Origin: Pedobacter sp.
GTDB lineage: Bacteria; Desulfobacterota; Desulfuromonadia; Desulfuromonadales; Syntrophotaleaceae
Direction: 5' to 3'
DNA length: 64,000 nucleotides
Assembly: GCA_050253415.1 (NCBI GenBank)
Contig: JBFWJC010000005.1
Coordinates: 136,984-200,983, forward strand
Shown: piece after piece, positions 10,700-19,203 of the stretch
Layout: the number at the start of each line of letters is the position of its first letter
How positions within the stretch are numbered: position 1 is the stretch's first letter
Notes under the pieces: generated by a model
Databases searched by the model: none
What the model saw: only the letters and a program-made list of their open reading frames with translations
What the model was told of the DNA's origin: nothing
Made by a program: the position numbers and the translations under genes

Positions 10700-10907
10700 G
10701 GAAGGTAATAGAACTTCATAAGATTAGTTTGCGTAAATTTTACAAGTGAAGAGTTCCCTTTGCCTGGTAGGCACTGATTTGGCTATTGCTATGAAGTGTT
10801 CTGTCAAAAAATAGGGGTGATGTCTGTCCATATTCTCATTTGCGGCTATAGTATTATAAAGTTACCTGTCACCGTATTGAGATTTCTACACCTTTAATGG
10901 ACTGGAT

Positions 10908-11396
10908 ATGTTGATGCGTAGAGACCGTGAAAAAATTGTGAGATTCGGCTTGGTCGGGGTTGCCAACACTTTTGTTGACTACGCTATACTCAACCTCATC
11001 GTTTTTTTTCTAAGCATTTTAAATCCCGTTACCCTTGTTATATGTAACGTGGTGTCTTTCTTGGGAGCGAATGTTAACAGTTACTTTATGAACAAAAGAT
11101 GGACCTTTGAAGATCGGGGCCATTGGTCCAAAAAGGAATATCTGGTTTTTCTTCTTTGTTCGCTTGGTGGACTCGCCATCAATTGCAGTGTGATTTTTTT
11201 TCTTTCCCATACATCCATCAACCCTCAGTGGTCGTTTTTCGTTAATCTCAATGTGGCCAAGCTTTTAGCCACGGTCGCTAGTATGGTTTGGAATTTTTGT
11301 AGTTACCGTGCTTTTGTATTTAAACTTTACCCATCAGAGGCTCAATCAATCGTAAATGCCTGCAATGACAGGTCTGCTTCGTCGGTTCGAACCTAA
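10908..11396 (+). CDS. GtrA-family membrane protein
   Basis: RFGLVGVANTFVDY, NSYFMNKRWTF, AKLLATVASMVWNFCSYRAFVF, four TM segments. Confidence 0.88.
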   Translation: MLMRRDREKIVRFGLVGVANTFVDYAILNLIVFFLSILNPVTLVICNVVSFLGANVNSYFMNKRWTFEDRGHWSKKEYLVFLLCSLGGLAINCSVIFFLSHTSINPQWSFFVNLNVAKLLATVASMVWNFCSYRAFVFKLYPSEAQSIVNACNDRSASSVRT

Positions 11397-11403
11397 GACT
11401 TTA

Positions 11404-11459
11404 TCTCCGTAAACAAAGAGGGGGTGGCTTGTGGGCCACCCCCTCTTTGTTTACGGAGA
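11404..11459. terminator. Perfect 25-bp inverted repeat with a 6-nt loop between convergent genes, probable bidirectional terminator
   Basis: TCTCCGTAAACAAAGAGGGGGTGGC / GCCACCCCCTCTTTGTTTACGGAGA. Confidence 0.75.
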
Positions 11460-11485
11460 CTTATTGTTGAGGCATAGAATTATTA

Positions 11486-11743
11486 TCAGCTTTTTTGCAC
11501 GGCTTTATCGGTGAAAGCGGCGTATTCTGCCTGGTCAAGTTTGCCGTCCTGATTAGCATCGACTGTTGCGAAATCGGTTATCAGGGTCTCGCAGGAAGCC
11601 GCTTCTTCACTGGTAATAAAACCGTTTTGGTCTGCATCAAGATACTCAAAGGTCGGGATGTTGGTTTGGCCAGCGGCAAATGCTGCATTGCTCAGCATGA
11701 AAACGGCGGCTACCATCAACAGGTTTACGGTCAGTTTTTTCAT
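11486..11743 (-). CDS. Secreted two-EF-hand calcium-binding protein
   Basis: Signal peptide ending AAFA, loops DADQNGFITSEE and DANQDGKLDQAE. Confidence 0.85.
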   Translation of the reverse strand: MKKLTVNLLMVAAVFMLSNAAFAAGQTNIPTFEYLDADQNGFITSEEAASCETLITDFATVDANQDGKLDQAEYAAFTDKAVQKS

Positions 11744-11805
11744 GGTTTTCTCCTTTTACCATTTGAAGGGTTGTGATCGCCTCATGACGATCTCCTTCTT
11801 ATAAT

Positions 11806-11821
11806 CGCAACCATCGTGCCA
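11806..11821 (-). promoter_or_regulatory. sigma54 (-24/-12) promoter for the EF-hand gene
   Basis: TGGCACG-ATGG-TTGCG on the minus strand, near consensus. An IHF-like AATCAGTATGTTG lies at about 11840-11852. Confidence 0.75.
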
Positions 11822-12058
11822 TCTAAAAAATAGTATTAAAATCAGTATGTTGAAGAATCTATTTAAATATTCTTAGCAGTTCAACCCGGGTTCTGTCTCC
11901 CGGTGGAAACATGGGCTTTTCTACATTCCATGTAATACATTAAGATTATTGAAAAAATTAAGGTCGTCTAAAGCCGACATCTTTCCGCCTGATAAATACC
12001 ATTCACTAAATTCCGGTACAGTCTGATGTACGCAAATGACTTCGAAAACACTCAAACC

Positions 12059-12077
12059 CTGAATGGTACGCGGATAA
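12059..12077 (+). repeat. 19-bp direct repeat, copy 1 (CTGAATGGTACGCGGATAA), start of a degenerate REP-like element downstream of dnaE2
   Basis: Identical to 16555-16573. Confidence 0.8.
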
Positions 12078-12168
12078 AATCGGATGATGCTGATCTTCGT
12101 CGATTTATATCAAACAAATATTCGGTGTGATCAGTTTTGATCGTGCTGCTAACAACAGCTCTCTGCGT

Positions 12169-15100
12169 TCAATAAATACTTTTGAATTCATCATCCAGAA
12201 AACCAAGCCACATGACATTGACCGTTGCAACTCCAAATTCCTCTTCCACCAAGCCTTTGATCAGATAGGGCCGGGGTGTGCCCAGTTTTCGGCAAAAACG
12301 GGCATAGGCGGCCGGAAAGAATGTCGCATCAAAAAGGGCTGTCGTATCTTCGAAGGTGACAAACTCCATCGGCTTGCCGTTTACTGTGCGAATCGGTTTT
12401 CCCGTAACCCACCATCCGACCAGCGTTACATGGCGTCCTGTCCACTGACTGAGTTCGGCGGCCGGAACAGCGCCGCAGGTCTGGATTGTATCTTTATATG
12501 GTTCGAGCGGATGATACCCGGCGGGAAGGCCCAGGGTTTCCAACTCGTGGGTTCTCAGTGTCGCATCGTCGCAGGGGGGGAGGGGGGGAGTCGCCGTGGT
12601 TTCGGCAACAAAAAGTGTCCCGAGACCCATGCTGACTGGTTGCCGATGATGGTTAAGCAACTTCCAGATCAAACCGGGCCGGTTTCGGCGGCCTTCAAGG
12701 GTGTCGAAACAACCGGCCTTGATGAGCTGTTTGACATCGGAGACGGAAAGATGCGGCAGTCTCAAAATAAAATTATCCAGTCCGGTAAAAAGACCGTTGC
12801 CGGTGCGTTCTGCCAAAATCGAGTTGATGGTTTGATGGGGTACGGAGGCAATCTGCATCAGACCGATGCGCAGTTCATCTCCCTTGCCGTGGTAGGCATA
12901 ACCGCTGACATTGATATCAGGCGACAGGATTCTCATGCCCAGGCGTCGCGCTTCGGACAGATAACCGAGGGTAGTGTAATAGCCGCCGCCGTTACTGATC
13001 ACCGCCGCCAGGAATTCGGCCGGGTAGTTGGCTTTGAGCCAGGCAGCTTTGCAACTGACCAACGCATAGGAGGCCGAATGGGGTTTGCAGAAGGAATAAC
13101 CTGCGAAGGACAACACCTGTTGCCAGGTTGCATTCAGCACCTGCGTCGTCACGCCGTTGTCAATACCTCCGCTGATAAAACGGTTCCGGAAGTCTTCGAG
13201 TGTTTGCCCTTTGTCTTTTTTGCTGATGATCTTGCGCAGTTTGTCCCCTTCGCTGGCACTGAACCCTGCCAGGGCCATGGCGATCTGAGTGATCTGTTCC
13301 TGATAGACGGCCAGGCCGTAGGTTTCGCCGAGGATTGGTTCCAGAAGTGGATGAAGATGACGCCAGGGTTTGCCGTGCATGCGGGCAACGAATTCGCGAA
13401 TGAAGTTGTTGGCGGCCGGTCGGATGATGGACGATGCCATGACCAGATGCTCGAACAGGGTGTCTTCATCGGCTAACGTATGGTCCCGCCACATTTTTTT
13501 CAGCAACTGGCGGGTGGCCGGCGATTCGATATAAAAGCAGCCGATGGTGTCGCCGGCGCTGAGCAGGGCGCGAGTCTTGCGATCGGTTAACGGTTGCCAG
13601 TCGCGGTAATCGATGACATCGCCCGTATGGCGGGCCACAGCCGTCAAAGCATCGCGGATCACCGCCAGGGAGCGGTTGCCCAGAATGTCGATCTTGACCA
13701 GACCGGCGGCTTCGGTCTGGTCTTTTTCCCACTGGATCAGCGGACGGCCTTTGGCGGACACCTCCACCGGAACGTAACGGCGGATGTCGTCGGGGACGAT
13801 TACCAACCCACCGCAGTGCTGGGCCAGATGCCGCAGTTGACCGTTGAGACGTGAAGCGATGGCGAGGATGTTTTGCCAGTCGGTACTGAGGGTTTCGCCA
13901 CGAAACAACGGATGGTCTTCCATGGCCTTGATGCCGCGCTGCGTCGACCACTGATTGGCTAACCTGCGCGTGATCGTGTTGATCTCGTCGGCCGGCAGTC
14001 CGAACACTTTAGCGACCTCCCGCAGGGCGCCCCGGCTTTTGAAACCTACCTGGTTGGCCACCATGGCTGCGCATCTTCTCCCGTAGCGCTGGAAGGCAAA
14101 ATCGAGCACTGCGTCCCGCTCGTCCCAGGGAAAATCGATGTCGATATCGGGGGGATCGACACGCCCTTCGTTGAGAAAACGCTCGAAAAACAGGTTGTAA
14201 CGCAGCGGATCGACGTGGGTGATGCCGAGACAGTAAGCGACCAGCGAGGCTGCGGCACTGCCACGGCCGCAGGTGCGCGGCGATTGTTCCGCCAGTTCCT
14301 GCACCACCAGGAAGTAATGGGCAAATCCCTTGTCCTGAATGATGCCCAGCTCCCTGGCCAACCGGGCTTCGATTTTGGCATTCATCTCGCCGTATCGCCA
14401 CATCGCCCCCTGACGGGCCCGTTTTTCCAGTTCGTCTGCCGCCTGCCGGTCGGCCAGTCCCCTAAAACGGGGAAAAATAGTGGTGGAAAACGCCCAATCC
14501 GTCTGACAGGCGTCGGCGATGTTCGCCGCGTTTTGCAAAGCTTCCGGACAATGGGGGAAATGCGCCGCCAGAGCGTCCTTTGATAACAGAAAGTCAGTCG
14601 GTTTGGCGCAGTTGTCGGAATGCAGACGGGGCAGAGTGGTGTTGCCGGCAATCGCTCGCAGAATCCTGTGGATCTTCACATCCTCATCCTGCAGGAATAC
14701 GGCACGGCTGGTCGCGACAGGCGGCAGACCCATACGGCGCGCCAGAGCCATGGTTTTTTCCATGTCATGCCCGGGGGATAGCTCAACGAACAGCCCGTTG
14801 CGGGTTTGCCGTGCGAGACTCTCCAGCAGTACGGCGTCGTCGCTGAGAATGATCAGACCGTTCCGCCAGGTTTTAAGCGCCTCGACAAGCTCAAAATGCT
14901 GATTCCTGTGCAATGCCGATAGAAGGTGGCACAAATTGGCGTAGCCATCCTGATCTTTGACCAGTAAAACGGCTCGATGCGCCCCGCTGACCGTTTCAGA
15001 GCCTATCAGTGGGGCGATCCCGGCTTTTTGCGCCTCTTCGATAAATCGCGGGATGCCATACAGGCCGTTACGGTCGGTAAGCGCCAGGCGTGTCATGCCA

Positions 15101-15192
15101 GCCGCCCTTGCCGCCGTGCACAGTGCCGAAGGAGAGTGGATGCCCCAGTTGGGTGAGAAGGATGAATGGACGTGGAGGTGGGTAAAGTTCAT
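12169..15192 (-). CDS. dnaE2: Error-prone DNA polymerase III alpha, DnaE2/ImuC
   Basis: PHP N-terminus HLHVHSSFS, GRGSAAASLVAYCLGIT, catalytic PPDIDIDF and KIDILG, FAGYSFCKPHS, C-terminal OB fold. Start set at ATG 15192 because the longer ORF only adds translated repeat. Confidence 0.93.
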   Translation of the reverse strand: MNFTHLHVHSSFSPNWGIHSPSALCTAARAAGMTRLALTDRNGLYGIPRFIEEAQKAGIAPLIGSETVSGAHRAVLLVKDQDGYANLCHLLSALHRNQHFELVEALKTWRNGLIILSDDAVLLESLARQTRNGLFVELSPGHDMEKTMALARRMGLPPVATSRAVFLQDEDVKIHRILRAIAGNTTLPRLHSDNCAKPTDFLLSKDALAAHFPHCPEALQNAANIADACQTDWAFSTTIFPRFRGLADRQAADELEKRARQGAMWRYGEMNAKIEARLARELGIIQDKGFAHYFLVVQELAEQSPRTCGRGSAAASLVAYCLGITHVDPLRYNLFFERFLNEGRVDPPDIDIDFPWDERDAVLDFAFQRYGRRCAAMVANQVGFKSRGALREVAKVFGLPADEINTITRRLANQWSTQRGIKAMEDHPLFRGETLSTDWQNILAIASRLNGQLRHLAQHCGGLVIVPDDIRRYVPVEVSAKGRPLIQWEKDQTEAAGLVKIDILGNRSLAVIRDALTAVARHTGDVIDYRDWQPLTDRKTRALLSAGDTIGCFYIESPATRQLLKKMWRDHTLADEDTLFEHLVMASSIIRPAANNFIREFVARMHGKPWRHLHPLLEPILGETYGLAVYQEQITQIAMALAGFSASEGDKLRKIISKKDKGQTLEDFRNRFISGGIDNGVTTQVLNATWQQVLSFAGYSFCKPHSASYALVSCKAAWLKANYPAEFLAAVISNGGGYYTTLGYLSEARRLGMRILSPDINVSGYAYHGKGDELRIGLMQIASVPHQTINSILAERTGNGLFTGLDNFILRLPHLSVSDVKQLIKAGCFDTLEGRRNRPGLIWKLLNHHRQPVSMGLGTLFVAETTATPPLPPCDDATLRTHELETLGLPAGYHPLEPYKDTIQTCGAVPAAELSQWTGRHVTLVGWWVTGKPIRTVNGKPMEFVTFEDTTALFDATFFPAAYARFCRKLGTPRPYLIKGLVEEEFGVATVNVMWLGFLDDEFKSIY

Positions 15193-15198
15193 AATTCC

Positions 15199-15328
15199 GT
15201 GACAAGTGACAAGTGACAAGTGACAAGTGACAAGTGACAAGTGACAAGTGACAAGTGACAAGTGACAAGTGACAAGTGACAAGTGACAAGTGACAAGTGA
15301 CAAGTGACAAGTGACAAGTGACAAGTGA
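15199..15328. repeat. Perfect heptanucleotide tandem repeat (GTGACAA)x18 plus GTGA
   Basis: 18 exact units counted at 15199-15324. Four degenerate units in the opposite orientation follow at 15335-15362. Confidence 0.97.
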
Positions 15329-15344
15329 GCTAACTAATTACATG

Positions 15345-16535
15345 TCACCAATTACCAGTCACAGTGTTACTCCGATTCCGTCCCCATTGCACCGACTCAT
15401 GACCGAACTGTCCGCGCAGCTGATCCAGAGCATTTTGCAGAGCCATATCTTCGATGTTTTGTTTTGGTGCGGAGAACAGATCCATCTGCTGTGCCAGGGG
15501 TGCAAGTCGGTCGCAACCGAGTCGCAGGGCACGCAAACGCACACGGCGTTGCCAGGTGCGTTGCAATAAGCGATCGGCCGCTTCCATCAATTCCAGATCA
15601 AAAGTCTTCGGTACGGCAAAGTTGTCCGTCCGCTCCTCACTGAGACCATCGACATAACGCACCGTCAGGCGCAGACGGGTGGTACCTCGAGCGAGGGATC
15701 GCAGACGCAAACCGCAGTTTTCGGCAAGGCGCCCCAGTGCGGCACGTACCGCCGTATCGTCATTGTCGGCTTGCGGCAAAACAGTCTCTTCGACGATAGC
15801 CGAAGAGCGTCGCGGCGGACATACCGGGCTGGGGTCGATACCGCAGGACCGTTGGTGCAGCAGAGCGGCAAAGGGCCCGCAGACCGGCTCAAGCTGGGCG
15901 ACCGACAAAACGGCGATCTGTTCGATACGCCGCAGGTTGAGATCTTCCAGTAAACGGCCGGTACGCACGCTGCCAACCCCCGGTAGGGTCGATACGGTCA
16001 ACGGCCCGATAAAAAAGCTCTCGCTGCCGCGTAACACGTCGCAGATGCCGGGCCGATCCAGATAATCGGCAGCGATACGCGCCACCAGTTTGTTGCCGGC
16101 CACGCCGCAGGTCGCTGGCAGGCGTAGCCGCTTAACGATGTCCCGCTCCATGCGGGCCGCTACATCCGGCGCGCTTCCAAGCAGGCGGGAGCTGCCAGTC
16201 AGATCGAGGAAAAGCCGGCCGTCGCTGCCGGGTTCCCACAGAGGGCTGCAACACAAGGCCAGTTCCGCGAACACCCGCATGGCACGATCGGCCAATTCCG
16301 GTTGCGGCGGCAGCAACTGCAGGGCGGGACAGCATTTGCGGGCGATATGCACGCTCATGCCGGATTGCACACCATCGCCGCGCGCTTCTGCAGAAACGCA
16401 ACGCAGCAGGGCGCGGTCACTCACCCCGGCGGCAATGGCCACAGGACGGGTTTTGAGGGTCGGATCGACGGCGCGTGCCAACGCGACATCAAAGTCGGGG
16501 ACAGCTACATGCAGAATGTCGCGGGTCATGCTCAA
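15345..16535 (-). CDS. imuB: ImuB-like Y-family polymerase homologue, catalytically degenerate
   Basis: Y-family layout, but LHVAVPDF and [11 protein letters not shown] replace DinB HVDMDAF and SIDE. Beta-clamp motif QMDLF near the C-terminus. Sits between lexA and dnaE2. Confidence 0.85.
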   Translation of the reverse strand: MSMTRDILHVAVPDFDVALARAVDPTLKTRPVAIAAGVSDRALLRCVSAEARGDGVQSGMSVHIARKCCPALQLLPPQPELADRAMRVFAELALCCSPLWEPGSDGRLFLDLTGSSRLLGSAPDVAARMERDIVKRLRLPATCGVAGNKLVARIAADYLDRPGICDVLRGSESFFIGPLTVSTLPGVGSVRTGRLLEDLNLRRIEQIAVLSVAQLEPVCGPFAALLHQRSCGIDPSPVCPPRRSSAIVEETVLPQADNDDTAVRAALGRLAENCGLRLRSLARGTTRLRLTVRYVDGLSEERTDNFAVPKTFDLELMEAADRLLQRTWQRRVRLRALRLGCDRLAPLAQQMDLFSAPKQNIEDMALQNALDQLRGQFGHESVQWGRNRSNTVTGNW

Positions 16536-16554
16536 TGGTTACTCTGGTTAAAGA

Positions 16555-16669
16555 CTGAATGGTACGCGGATAACATTTGATGCGCGCGAATATTCGCGGA
16601 TTAACCCAAGATCAGGTTTTTGGTTAAATCATATTTTTATCCAGCCGTTTCCGCGTCATCCGCGTGCTA
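16555..16669. repeat. 19-bp direct repeat, copy 2, within a ~110-nt imperfect palindrome (REP-like)
   Basis: CTGAATGGTACGCGGATAA at 16555-16573. TGGTACGCGGAT can pair with ATCCGCGTGCTA at about 16658-16669. Confidence 0.7.
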
Positions 16670-16681
16670 TTGATTTTGCTT

Positions 16682-17281
16682 TTAGTAATGGCGGATGACT
16701 CCGACCACCACTCCCTCGATGCGAAAAGATTCCAGGTCGCTAACGATAATGGGTTGCATGGACGGGTTGGCCGGATGCAGCTCGACACGATCCCCGCGGC
16801 GATAGAGACGCTTGACCGTTGCCTCGTTGTCGAGCAGGGCGACAACCGTCTGACCATGCTCGGCCGTGGCCTGTTTGCGTACCACTACATAATCGCCATC
16901 GATAATGCCGTCGCCGATCATGGAGTCGCCGGCCACGCGCAGCACGAAATGCTCGCCGCTGCCGACCATGGAGGGCGGCACCTCAAGTGTGTCGGGGGTT
17001 TCGATGGCCTCGATAGGCTTGCCGGCCGCTACGGTACCGGCAAGCGGTAACTTCATGTCCCGCTCCGGGGTAGCGGTCAACCGCAGGCTGCGGCGGGCGT
17101 TCCAGTCGCGATCAAGCAGCCCCTCGCGCTCCAGACGCACCAGGTAGTTCTGTACCGTACCCAGAGAACTGAAACCGAAAGCCCGCGCGATCTCTTGCTG
17201 AGAGGGCGCAAAACCCTGCTCGTCAATATGGCGGGCGATGTAGTCGTAAACCTGTTTTTGCTTGGGAGTAAGGGGACTCAT
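16682..17281 (-). CDS. lexA: SOS repressor LexA
   Basis: wHTH LTPKQ...PSQQEIARAFGFSS, cleavage site VAAG, catalytic GDSM and TVKR. Confidence 0.95.
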   Translation of the reverse strand: MSPLTPKQKQVYDYIARHIDEQGFAPSQQEIARAFGFSSLGTVQNYLVRLEREGLLDRDWNARRSLRLTATPERDMKLPLAGTVAAGKPIEAIETPDTLEVPPSMVGSGEHFVLRVAGDSMIGDGIIDGDYVVVRKQATAEHGQTVVALLDNEATVKRLYRRGDRVELHPANPSMQPIIVSDLESFRIEGVVVGVIRHY

Positions 17282-17312
17282 ACGGCCTCGTCTGTGAAGT
17301 TAATCAGTTTGC

Positions 17313-17345
17313 CGTAAGTGTATGCGTAAGTTTTGCGTAAGTCAA
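17313..17345 (-). promoter_or_regulatory. lexA sigma70 promoter overlapped by three ACTTACG direct repeats (candidate operator)
   Basis: TTGACT (17345-17340)-N17-TACACT (17322-17317). CGTAAGT on the plus strand at 17313, 17325 and 17336. Confidence 0.65.
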
Positions 17346-17510
17346 GGGGAGAGGTTGCTGAATGCTGCGGCGAAAGCACAGGGTGTCGGGCTTGCGCACT
17401 ATGGACAAATAAGGCATTTATCCGTTGCCTTGACACCGACATGGAAGGCTCTTATCCTGTTGCTGTGCTCTTCCCGTTTTTTGAAAATTGCCACCAAAGG
17501 GGCTTTTCCA

Positions 17511-18659
17511 ATGAAATATCGAAAGCTTGGACGTTCCGGATGTGAAGTCTCGATTCTTGGTCTCGGCTGCATGCGCCTGCCGGTTATTGGCGGCGATGAA
17601 GCACGGATCGATGAATCCAAAGCAGACTGGATGCTTAAAGCTGCCATCGAGAAGGGTGTCAACTACCTGGATACCGCTTATCCCTACCACAAGGGCGAGA
17701 GCGAAAAATTTCTCGGCCGGGCTTTGTGTGGAGGTCTGCGCAACAAGGTGCATCTGGCGACCAAACTGCCGTCCTGGGCGGTGGAGACAACAGCTGATTT
17801 CGACCGTTTCCTCAACGAGCAATTAGAGCGATTGCAGACCGAGCACATCGACTTTTATCTGTTGCATGCCCTTAAGGCCGATTGGTGGGAGAAGCTGTAT
17901 CATCTGGGCGTTCTCGAATTTCTCGATCGGGCGGTCCGCGATGGCCGCATCGGTGCTGCCGGGTTTTCTTTCCATGACGAACTGCCCCTTTTTAAACAGA
18001 TCGTCGATGCTTATGATTGGAGTTTTTGCCAGATTCAGTACAACTATATGGACGAGCAGATCCAGGCCGGCAGGGAAGGGCTGGATTACGCCGCCGAGCG
18101 TGGCCTGGGCGTGGTGGTCATGGAACCGTTGCGCGGCGGTCATCTGGCCCGCGAGAGCGCGCCTGACATCCAGAGTTTGTGGGATCACGCGCCGATCCGT
18201 CGCACTCCGGCGGAATGGGCGTTGCGCTGGGTCTGGGATCACCCCGGTGTCACCTCGGTGCTGAGCGGCATGAACGAACTCGCACAGATCGAGGAAAACT
18301 GCCGGATCGCCGACCAGGCAGCTCCCCACTCGCTATCCCCGCAGGAGCAGGCCCTGATCGGTCAGGTTCGCGATACCCTGCGCCAGCGCATCAAAGTACC
18401 CTGTACCGCTTGCGGCTATTGTATGCCGTGTCCGGCCGGGGTCAACATCCCGCGCATCTTCAACCTTTATAACGATCGCTTTATTTACGGCGATGCGGGA
18501 TTCCCCCATCGCATGTATACCATCACCATGAACGCCGCCGAACTCGGCAGCAATTGCACCCGTTGCGGCTTGTGCGAAAAGCATTGCCCCCAGCACATCG
18601 CCATCATCGATATGCTGGAGGAAACCCACCGGACTCTCTCGGAAAATCCGGATGAGTGA
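17511..18659 (+). CDS. Aldo/keto reductase with C-terminal 4Fe-4S domain
   Basis: VSILGLGCMRLP, YLDTAYPYH, MEPLRGG, CTACGYCMPCP and CTRCGLCEKHCPQ. Start taken at MKYRKLG. Confidence 0.9.
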   Translation: MKYRKLGRSGCEVSILGLGCMRLPVIGGDEARIDESKADWMLKAAIEKGVNYLDTAYPYHKGESEKFLGRALCGGLRNKVHLATKLPSWAVETTADFDRFLNEQLERLQTEHIDFYLLHALKADWWEKLYHLGVLEFLDRAVRDGRIGAAGFSFHDELPLFKQIVDAYDWSFCQIQYNYMDEQIQAGREGLDYAAERGLGVVVMEPLRGGHLARESAPDIQSLWDHAPIRRTPAEWALRWVWDHPGVTSVLSGMNELAQIEENCRIADQAAPHSLSPQEQALIGQVRDTLRQRIKVPCTACGYCMPCPAGVNIPRIFNLYNDRFIYGDAGFPHRMYTITMNAAELGSNCTRCGLCEKHCPQHIAIIDMLEETHRTLSENPDE

Positions 18660-18680
18660 TGAAAACGGGTTCTCAGTATA

Positions 18681-18713
18681 AAAAAAGCCCCACGGCATAG
18701 CGTGGGGCTTTTT
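18681..18713. terminator. Bidirectional intrinsic terminator
   Basis: AAAAAAGCCCCACG-gcatag-CGTGGGGCTTTTT between convergent genes. Confidence 0.85.
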
Positions 18714-18736
18714 GGATAACTCAGGGTAAATCCCTG

Positions 18737-18937
18737 CTAGAGTTTTTGCACGTTTTCCGCCTGGGGACCTTTCGGGCCTTTGACGACGTCAAAGCTGACG
18801 CGATCCCCTTCATTGAGGGTTTTGAACCCCTCGCCCTGGATCGCGGAAAAGTGAACAAACACGTCCGGCCCGTTGTCCTGCTCGATGAAACCGAACCCTT
18901 TTGCCTCATTAAACCATTTGACTGTTCCCTCTGCCAA
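18737..18937 (-). CDS. Cold-shock protein (CspA family)
   Basis: 66 aa from TTG after [21 protein letters not shown] and [12 protein letters not shown] motifs. Confidence 0.95.
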   Translation of the reverse strand: MAEGTVKWFNEAKGFGFIEQDNGPDVFVHFSAIQGEGFKTLNEGDRVSFDVVKGPKGPQAENVQKL

Positions 18938-19203
18938 TTTGACTCTCCTTGTTCCGATGCGGGTTTTGGGTGATTCAGACACCGGAAAAATATATCAAAA
19001 ATCTGACGGGTTCCAAGCGCACATCGCTAAAAATCGTGAAATAGAAAATGCGCTGGTTGAAGAGGATTATTGATGCCATAAAGAGAAGCTGTAATGCGGA
19101 AGGACAATCTTTTCCAAAAGAATGGCTGTACGGTAGATTGCGATGTTGGAAGTCTGTGCGATAGGGGGAATTTACGGCTCTATCCCTACCGCACTATTAG
19201 ACT

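Noticed and set aside
12574..12588. G7-A-G7 tract in dnaE2, and G7-G8 tracts at about 25646, 26990 and 27817, as phase-variation sites
   Set aside because: The tracts are short, the coding ones are in intact frames and encode Pro or Gly runs, and nothing indicates switching.
12127..13476. 449-aa plus-strand ORF
   Set aside because: Lies antisense to dnaE2, has no recognisable motifs, and is typical of shadow ORFs in GC-rich genes.
15193..15324. N-terminal (SLVTCHL)n extension of DnaE2 and the 15068-15310 ORF in the ORF track
   Set aside because: These are just translations of the heptamer array from TTG codons with no RBS. The PHP domain starts at ATG 15192.
15199..15328. Heptamer array as a CRISPR array
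   Set aside because: No spacers, the unit is only 7 nt, and there are no cas genes.
15345..16535. Calling this gene an active DinB (Pol IV)
   Set aside because: The catalytic acidic motifs are missing, and the context fits ImuB.
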